Origin: Perkinsus olseni
Lineage: Eukaryota
Length of the DNA stretch: 20,000 nt
Direction of reading: 5' to 3'
Assembly (NCBI GenBank): GCA_013115125.1
Contig: JABANN010000090.1
Coordinates: 56,228 to 76,227 of the forward strand
This document shows positions 1 to 8,503 of this stretch, piece after piece; the stretch's first letter is position 1; every line of letters starts with the position of its first letter. Made by a program: the position numbers and the translations under genes. A model generated the notes under the pieces. The model searched no databases and was not told where the DNA came from. It was given only the letters and a program-made list of their open reading frames with translations.

Positions 1-634
1 CGTACGACGGTAAGCGACTGGCCGCAGGGAACACGAGCAGCCTCCCTTCTTCACCTGGGATCTCCTACGACTCTCCTGTACACTCTCGCAGCACACAATC
101 TCCAACTTCTTACTGGAGTCCTGAGAGCCTCTACGACCACTCCTAGGCTGGCCGGCTACCATTACACGAGAAAAAGCTGTCCTCGCCCTACTGATGACTA
201 CCACAACACCCACAGCAAAATCATTGAAAAATCATAGTACTAGTTTACGACTGAATATCGACTGCATTACGATCGCCTTCATTATTATCGCGTGCGTGGG
301 CGAGCAAGCCGAATGCTAAGCATACAGCTGACGATGATCGCTCTAAGGCGACCCGCTATTGAGACTGGACATTCTGATTCCGCCTCCCATCGCTCTCCAT
401 CTCCGCAATCACCACCCTTCACTCGTCGACTTGGCAGCAGTTCGTGACGACTGTCCCTGTCTGCCTTCTGAAGGAAGACCGCTGGTGTGACGTCCTGGAC
501 GGCCATCGTGCGTTGCTGTGTGGCGAAAGTCATACAGAACAGCCAAGGCCAATGAGCGCACCACTAGTGACCAGTATTACGAACTCGACCCAGTGAAGGG
601 GTATGGAACGTTGGAATGTAACAAAGGTGATGGA

Positions 635-1750
635 CTACAGGATGTACCGATCGAGGAACTTCCGATGGAAGTCGCTGCGCACTGCGTCATTAATGAACCT
701 GCCAGGACACCGTTGACCACCATCACCTCCTGCTACCCCTCGGCCGACCTTTTCTTGCCCTTAGGCTGGTTTCTGGATTGGTTCTTGAACACAGTGTCAT
801 CGTCCCATCGCCGCTTGAGCTGCATGTTACCCCCCGCTGGCAGCACAACTATCCCCTTCGGTCACAGTACCGTTAATAGTACCTCCTGGCAAGAGTGGGT
901 TACCAACGGCAATCTGTTGCCTCTCCTCTTCCTCCTCCTTAGCCTGCTCAGCTGCTTTCGTCTTCGCCTCCTCTGCCGCCCTGTCGAAAGAGAACCAGTA
1001 CGGCGCCACACAGTACGGACTTACAGAATGCGACGAATTGAATCTTATAACAACGGACTCCGTCCGAACCTCCCAAGCGTCCAACCCGCGGCTGACCTCT
1101 CCGCACGTATCTTGGCCAACTCCCGCATCAGCTCGGCTTCCTCAGCATCTTCATCATCGTCGCTGCCACCGGAGTCTGAGGAAACATACACTGTAGATTC
1201 TGACGGCTCGGCAGTGCTGAACGACATTTCACAAAGAACCAACTCGAAGCTGGTCCCGGCCCTCAGGCGGCGACTTGGAGTGTCTGTCGCCTCCCCAGAC
1301 CAGGCGAATGCTGCCAGGCCGTCGATGCCCATTCAAATGGGAGGTATGTCTACAGGTCCTACACCGATCAGCTTCGGACTCAGTGTCCGAACCCCCACCA
1401 CCAGCGTCAGGGTCTTCATCGCAGTCTTCAGGGAACGCTGAATCCGGCGGCGGCTCTACCATACAGGAATGGAGCCGGGCAGTAGCATTCGGTTGGGTAT
1501 CACCTATAGCCCCCTTGGCCTCCTTCTTCTCCAGCTCCCTCCGCAATGCCTCCTTGTCTGATCCCTTGTCCTTCGACTCACGAAACTTCAGCGTCAGGTG
1601 GCCTGCACGACATCAATGACGCCTAGCCAGTGACGTGGACGTCGTACCTGGCTCATCCCGGGCCCTCCTGAAGATGGTGGGGATAGGCTGGTTGCTTGAG
1701 CTGTTGGCTCCAAGGGCGTTGTGGAAGGTAGGGCGATGGGCTGTCGTCAT
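635..1750 (-). CDS. CWC15: Spliceosome-associated protein CWC15/Cwf15 (multi-exon)
   Basis: Spliced translation gives the family N-terminus MTTAHRPTF..A.G, then RARDEPGHLTLKFR, acidic DADSGGSDDDEDAEEAELMRELAKIRAER, GNPLL, and C-terminal KRRWDDDTVFKNQ..KKRFINDAVRSDFHRKFLDRYIL*. Inferred GT-AG introns: 1603-1647, 1456-1503, 1176-1401, 981-1096, 837-882, 699-748. Confidence 0.96.
1176..1401 (-). other. About 226-nt structured intron in CWC15
   Basis: DPDA|DSGG junction. Nested stems 1349-1355/1191-1197 and 1311-1323/1202-1214, plus internal hairpins. The donor could also be 1398 or 1392. Confidence 0.7.
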
Positions 1751-1918
1751 GACGGGCAATAACAACGACAACCACTGACCTGTCACCTTCAAGTACCACA
1801 CTCTCCCCTACTCAGACGAACTTGGATAAGCAGGAAATGATGAGAAAAATGATAATGCTATGAGAGAACATGACAGCAAATAGTTCCACAAGATGTATCA
1901 GTATACTACGCAGAGTAG

Positions 1919-2731
1919 TCAAAGATGGTCCAGGGCGTCACCACGATGATAGAAATAGGTGGAGTCCTTCCTGTTGAAGGCCCCTCGAGTCAACCTGTGC
2001 CACTTCCTCGGGTGAATAGTCCAGTAAATCGACGACGTGGGCACTACAAAGACCCCAAAGGCCACCCACAGTGCTATCGCTATTGTCTGCCAGTTGTCCA
2101 GGCACCATTGTAAGCAACCTATCTTTCCCAGACACCAGGAGTTCTCCACATCAGTATTACCCGAGGACAGACACGTAGCGTTCCACGGCAGCCCAGGAGC
2201 AACCCACTGGTTGAACTCCGAGCTGACCCTGGCATTAGTGCAGCTGATGGTCGCAATGCTTCGACAGGCCGGATCGATACAGTTGCCGCCCTCGCACGAG
2301 AAGCGGTCCCAAGTACTGAAGAACCCCCTTCTGATCTCGTCCAGAATATTCTCTTCGCCCACTGAGCTGGCGATGCCACCCGACCGGACCACCGCGTCCC
2401 CCGCTGCCCAGTAGTCCTGTGCCAGAGTGGCAATCACCAGTTGCAATGAGACGATTAAGATGAGGACAAGATAGTGTATCCTCGCCGTACAGGCCACGTC
2501 ATCATCGTCCTTCTCCAAAGCCAGTTGAGTTGCCCCTGCAAAGGAGGCCAACAGCGCCACAATAGCGACCGCCAGAGCTATCCAGTTGATTCTGGGGTTG
2601 AGCAGGTCGTAGAAGGGCGATGCCAGAGACGATGCTGCGAAGACCAGCAAGACGATGCTGGCAGAGCACATAAACATCTGCGGCGTCACTCGAAGTAACG
2701 TGGAGAAGCCACGAAGGGTTCTCGCGGGCAT
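1919..2731 (-). CDS. Intronless four-transmembrane protein with tetraspanin-like topology
   Basis: 270-aa ORF from ATG 2731. Three hydrophobic segments in the N-terminal 90 aa, a long Cys-rich loop (CEGGNCIDPAC..C..C..C..C..C), a fourth hydrophobic segment and a basic C-tail. The canonical CCG motif is absent. Confidence 0.7.
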   Translation of the reverse strand: MPARTLRGFSTLLRVTPQMFMCSASIVLLVFAASSLASPFYDLLNPRINWIALAVAIVALLASFAGATQLALEKDDDDVACTARIHYLVLILIVSLQLVIATLAQDYWAAGDAVVRSGGIASSVGEENILDEIRRGFFSTWDRFSCEGGNCIDPACRSIATISCTNARVSSEFNQWVAPGLPWNATCLSSGNTDVENSWCLGKIGCLQWCLDNWQTIAIALWVAFGVFVVPTSSIYWTIHPRKWHRLTRGAFNRKDSTYFYHRGDALDHL

Positions 2732-2856
2732 GTCAAAGATAGTCGCTACGGTAAAAGGGATCAGCCGCCGACCCTCACAGCCACTACACACTACAGGAGT
2801 GGTCTATGCCTGTGAATTAGGAAACTGGCCTATCATAATCATGGTCGGGGTGATGA

Positions 2857-4669
2857 TTACACCTGGTCCACCGAGTCGAAGTCACCCTGGCTTATCACCT
2901 CGATCTGCTTCTTACCGTACCTGATCCGAGACTGAATCTGGGAATAGTGATACTGGTAGGAGTACTATCAACAATACATCAAAATAATATACATAAAAGT
3001 GACCATGTAGGGAACAACAAGGCTACGAAGCTAGCACCTCGTCAGGAGCTTCTTGGGGGGTCTTCAAGTTTCACTCACGCTCAGAGTTCACGTAGTTACC
3101 AGAAACATTATGCTAATCCATAAACAGCGCAGTGGCGAGTCTGACTGGACAAGCCCAACCGCCCTAAGGCTCCGTCTACAGTACTTCACCCAAATGGAAC
3201 ATGACAATCTACGACGCTACGCTTGCTCCGTCCGCCCCTCACGATACTACGGCATATGGTAAGTCTGAGCCCCCGTCGTTGGCGCCCTCCGCTGGATGAC
3301 TACACGATGGTCGATCTGAGGATGGACTAGAGGCAAACTGCCAGTCGGGCAGTACCAGCTCCGTGAGCAGGGACTTCAACTTCACATGGTTGGAGGCTAT
3401 CGCCTTCCTCTTAGTAACCTTCAACAGCGTGTCGAAAGGGACGGTCCCTGTGAATCGCGTTGGCACTCTACCAATGGGGCCCAGTACTACCATCAGGCTC
3501 TGACGTGTCCAGCAACAGAAGGGCGAGATGCTTCAATAAATTAAGGTGGTTCGGCGTAAGGGACTTTAGCACCTATTCGGCCGCTCAACCCAAGAGCCTA
3601 GCCCACCCCAGACGGCCGCCTACCACCGCCAGGCCTGCTCCACCATAGGCCGTGCACCCCTCACCCCTGCCTCCCCCTAGCCCTGTCCATGCTGGCAGGG
3701 CTCTACCATTGAAAGCCATCACCTGTGGGGCAGCAGGGAGCCCACCGAGGAGGGCTGTGAGCCTACTTCGCGGGTGTAGTCCAGTCTCGTGTGGACGGGG
3801 ATATTGAGAAAGGCGAAAGTTTCGAGTATGTTACCCATCAAGGCCGAGCGATGATGGTCCACTGAGGCTACCAAGTGTATCTGCCGACCTTCACTGTCAC
3901 GTGCAAGGATCAACCTAAGATACCGTCGGAGAAGCTGCCACTATGACCGCCAGGCACTCAAGCACTTCATCACCTCCGTACTCCACCAGACGCTCGATGT
4001 TGTCGATTACCTGCTCACGCGGGAACCGTACCAACACTCGAAAGACGGAAATCGAAAAAGCAAAGACAGGGCCTCGACCAACGCAAATGAGGAACCGCCC
4101 TTCCCCCGTAGTAAGGCAGCCAGACTGACAGGGAAGAGAGGGAGGCCCTACCAGGTATATTCTGGTAGGGGACCTGGACGTACGTGAATGATACTGGGAC
4201 AGCTGGGCCTGACCAGCAAGAGGAGGAAGAGGAGACCGTCTTATGATCATCAATTTCTCTATCTTATAGTACCAATTTTCGCGCAACTTCCAGCAAGGTC
4301 GCATCGTTAGCGACTAAAGCATGGCGGAATATAAAGTCGAAGACGCCAAGGAGGCAGCGGTGGAGTATCGAAGCTCCACCTAAGGAGAGCCTGAAGGGCC
4401 GATCCTTCCGGGCCTCTCACTCATGCCCCGTGGCGATGCCATATAGCCTTCGATCCTGACGACGTAGCCATCACTCAGACCCTCATCGGCGAAGTCACTT
4501 AAGAGTGGTATCTTACTCCCGTATCTGGCATGAGTCGACCTCCAGGCATATCTTGAGGTTGAGCATGGTACCCATAGAACAGCAGGTTGAACCGACTGTG
4601 CAGTAAACTCCGCCATTGAGGGTAGCTATCCCGCAGTCCCTCCAGTAGGATGGACTCCTTATCAGCCAT
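2857..4669 (-). CDS. ORC2: Origin recognition complex subunit 2 (multi-exon; 5' end uncertain)
   Basis: Spliced motifs match ORC2: YPQWRSLLHSRFNLLFYGYGSK..LL..F, VVRIEGY, IYLVIDNIE, IHLVASVDH, VLKSLTPN, winged-helix VPFDTLLKVTKRKAIASNHVKLKSLLTELIDHRV. The last exon 2857-2920 (P-YGKKQIEVISQGDFDSVDQV*) is inferred across a 330-nt intron 2921-3250. Confidence 0.9.
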
Positions 4670-4950
4670 GCTCCCCTGTGATACTACCAAGGTATCCTAG
4701 ACAACAGATGCTCACTCAATCACAGCTCGAGACCGTTTCGATCCGCCCTCCACCCAACCACAACAACGCCGTCTCCACGCGTGTACTGTCTTCCAATTCT
4801 TTCGTAAATAAGTCCGCCGAGAGCAGTCCAAGGCATCAGTGGCCGTCGGGTCCTGTCATCCTCGGCGCCGGGAGCCTTTCTTGCATTTTTCCTGCAAGTC
4901 GGTCGGCCGTCTCTTCCCTATCAGCGCAACTCTTGTCAAGTGGTCTCACA

Positions 4951-7900
4951 ATGCCTGTCCTCTGGAGGAGGATGTTGATAGCCGGCCGGGGCCGTATAAT
5001 GCACACTACTACTGGGTAAGGGGCTGGTCATACCATAAATCGCCATATTCAGCTTTTCAGACGCCCACTCGGCCACTTCGGGAGGCCTGTGGGGGCCTGT
5101 ACGCGGTAATAAGGTACTATCAATACGGATTGGACGTCGTCGTTCTAGATCGTTCTGCGCGGCTAGCGGAGGGTGGGGAGACCTCCACTTAGCTGCAGCC
5201 ACTGGTAACCTGAGCCTAGTGAAGTCCCTAGTGGAGAATGGATACGACATCGATGAGCGCATGATGGTGAGGCGCCGACGGAGGGGGATCAGTGGCGGTG
5301 TTCAATAGACTGCCTCTCCCGAGTTTCAGGAGCGCTCCCAGGATTGAATTTAACGTGTGAAATATGATTCTAGAAGCGTTGTTGAAGCTCAGGAGAGATC
5401 TATTGAACACGCGGATTATCTCCACAGAAAGTGGTAGACAACCCCATCCCATTGCTATCCGTCTATTCCGCTGGTCGTGGAGCGCGTTCAGTTTTCTAGC
5501 TTGAAGAGGTCTTCTCATGTGAGTGCAAGTACTGAGCGATAGGCCCCTCTTGATTTACTTATTCTGCTGAGCCGCAATGGGACGTCGTAGGAGTTATGGA
5601 GAGTGTGGTACTTGGATTACCTGCTTAGTCTCTCCCGCGCATGACGATCGCTGCTCGGCGTTCGACGCCATCCCCAGCTGGCATGCGTTCAGGATCGCAG
5701 CACGCCCCTTCACCTGGCTGCCGCTAATGGTTGGATTCCTGTCATAGACTATCTTATGGAGAAGGGTGCTTCCCTGGACGCTGTCGATGTGGTAATAATA
5801 CCGCTGTCTCTTCCCTCCTATCTATAGTCGTCGTGCTGTTCAGAGCGGCTTGACTCCCCTACAGAAGGCCTTGACTACTCAACAGCAGAAGTCTGTACAG
5901 GCCCTAAGTGGATGGAAGGCCAAGGGGGTCGATGTAGTACCTCTCACTATCAACACTAAGTGAAAAGGCGCTCCCTTCCTTCTTGTGATTTCATTCAACT
6001 GACAAGGCTCTGGAGCATCACAGCTCAGCGGTCTCCAGTTTGATTCTCGCTCCATCTCATTGGAATGCTATGAAGATCCTCTCATACCAAGGACCTTCAT
6101 CCATAGACCCGGCGTTATCCCTCAGGCGGATAGGGCTATGCAGGCCACCACGTTTAGGGACATGAGTCCAGATGATGACTCGGTACAGTGACTTCAACGT
6201 CGACCCCATCAACTGACAACAATTCCTTCTTATTGTCACAGCTCGGTCGATCGCCGGTCCATCGGGCCGCCTTGTGGCGCCGTCCAGACTTAGTTCGAGA
6301 CTTATTAAATCTTATCGGATGTGACCCATGCCATGCAAGCTCGTAAGCTGATGTCCCCAGCCACTCCTGCGCTGTTTTGTTCTCTACACGATGGGTATCT
6401 CCCGCTGTGGTCTAGGTCCGGCGAAACGGCCGTCCACGTAGCGGCCGAGTTGAAGAATGAGGACGTCCTTCAGGAGGTAGAAGGGAAGATCATTTCCAGC
6501 CATACCGAGATCCCCTATCAGATTATTAATTTCGTCGGGCCCTCGGCGGCTGATGTAGACTACCCGGTAATCGTCGAAAAATGCTGCGGTAATAGTTCGG
6601 GAACAGCTGGCAGTATTAATTCAACGGCACACTAGTACTGCTATGCGCCTTGTGTGAGACCGTCACAAACCAGATCGGAGGCCTCCTAGCGTGTGCTCTG
6701 CTGGGCAGTATAGCACAAAAGCAGTCGCGCCCCTTCTACAACGCTCTGTATCGTTATCGTTGTACGGACTGGCAGTGAAATGAGAACTTCCGTGCAATCC
6801 ATCCATCTTGGGGAGTAGTGCTCCCCAAGTGTACTCCTGGAGTACTCATACGCTGCTCGTCATTCTCAGCCCTGGAGGACCTCCTCACACTGCAAGACAA
6901 GTCAGGCCGTCGTGTCAAGGACATGCCGGGCGCTGGTCACATCCTGGCGGCTATTCTCCGTGGGAGGGCCTACGCAGTCGATGTGAAACGATTTGTACGA
7001 GCGAAGTATCCCCAGCTGTCCCTGCTGCAACCCTCCAAGCCGCGGGAGCGCATACCAGTGAATATCAACTCCAGGGACGAGGTGAGAGGAAACACTGTGC
7101 GCCGCTCACCTGCCCTCAGGGCATAGCTCACTAGCGTGACAGTCGTCTATGGATAAACGACACAGTACCATTACCAGGCGTCGAGAAAATTGGAAAGACA
7201 TGTATAGTAGACCTCTTGTTCCGAGGTTGAAGCATGCGCAAGACGGGCAGCAGCTCCTTGGGTGGTGTTTGCCTGCGCAGCCTTTCCCTACTCAGTACGG
7301 CTACACGGCCCTCCATCATGCTGCGATACGGAGTAGGTCTTCAGGGTGCTGTTCGGGTAGACGTAACTTCATCAAAATGGACAAGCTGCTTCAGTATGGC
7401 GCGGACATCGATGCCCGCTGCCGAGTAAGGCTCAGACCACCACCTCCACCGCCGTCCTCACTGTGATGTCCCTACCTCACAGCTCCACGGAGCCACCCCA
7501 TTACACTATGTGGCTGCCTCTTGCGACGCCGTAGCGCTGGGGGCAGACCTGCTCATGGCCAACGGTGCTGATGTCAATGCTCAGACGAGTGTAAGGGTCC
7601 TCAGCTTCTCGGGTCGTCAATGGCTGTCTTGATACTGTAGGCATGCGGAGAGACGCCGCTGCATTGGGCAGTGAAGAGCGCTTCGGATGTGCACTTTGCC
7701 ATGGTCAAGGCCCTACTGGAAGCGGGAGCCGACCCGACCGTACAGACCTTCCGATCGACCACACATCCTAGGATGATCCTGCCTGATATAAAGTTGAGGT
7801 GATAGCCGACGTCTCACAACATCAGGAGATTGGCCAGTGAGGCCTCTGTCAGTGCTGGCAGCACCCCAGTCCATTATGCAGTGAGGCTGAGGAAATACGG

Positions 7901-8210
7901 TGTATTCGCTATGGTAGGGCATACTCTGTTCTGGGTGTTGGGACAGTTGTATACCCCTTCAGATTGTGGACCACATAAGGCCGAGCGACTTAGACTGCGA
8001 CCCTGCAGTACGAGACGCCAAGTCTCGAGGTGAGTCCGCCGTTGGTCGCTGCCGAGGTCTCGAGCCGTGAGATTTTCACGCGCCATCCGCACAGGCCTGA
8101 CACAGTCTCCTCATCGACGATGCTCGATATGTTAATTGTGCTCAGCGGTCGAGGAGCTGATGGCGATCAAGGACAGTGGCGGCCAATCTGTGAGTGACCT
8201 CCGTCGGTGA
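4951..8210 (+). CDS. Ankyrin-repeat protein A (multi-exon)
   Basis: Spliced repeats GWGDLHLAAATGNLSLVKSLVENG, DRSTPLHLAAANGWIPVIDYLMEKGA, SGLTPLQKA, K|SGETAVHVAA, YGYTALHHAA, GATPLHYVA, GETPLHWAV, AGSTPVHYAV. The halves join through phase-2 intron 5960-6415, matching the phase and position in paralogs B and C. Confidence 0.85.
5267..5692 (+). other. 426-nt intron made of four to five consecutive hairpins
   Basis: ERMM|DRSTPLH junction. 12-bp perfect stem 5298-5309/5399-5410 extends inward. Further stems tccac/gtgga, aagagg/cctctt, gctgagc/gctcggc. Confidence 0.8.
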
Positions 8211-8503
8211 CCATAATCCCGGTCTAGGCCGGCTTTCCCTGTATATAAATGTCGACAGCGTAGAGCCCAGGTTGAGGCCTTGATTGGGCATGGGCGCTCC
8301 TGAACTGGGAGGTCGTCTTCATTTCTGTTATCCTCACGTACATAATGCTGCAGCGATTCACCAGTTGCCTTGCTGCTGCTTGTTGTTGTTCATGACACCT
8401 TCTCTCACCAACACTCCTACTGTCGTGTTGCCCGTCATCCGGGTGTCCGTCCACAGGCTTAGGTCCTCCGCGCACAGGATTTATCCGCCCTACCTCCCAT
8501 CTC

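Noticed and set aside
1-533. Minus-strand ORFs 285-533 and 162 to the window edge
   Set aside because: Could be the start of a neighbouring gene, but there is no recognisable motif or firm splice model.
1176-1401. Known ncRNA (H/ACA or C/D snoRNA, RNase P/MRP, SRP, U snRNA, hammerhead) in the CWC15 intron
   Set aside because: No properly placed H box, C/D pair, P4, helix-8 or CUGANGA core (CTGAGGG only). An Rfam search is still needed.
518-1441. 307-aa plus-strand ORF
   Set aside because: Antisense shadow of CWC15 with no recognisable domain.
4463-4472. CGTAGCCATC, partial match to the perkinsid/dinoflagellate spliced leader
   Set aside because: Only 10 nt and antisense to ORC2 coding codons (DGYV), so likely chance.
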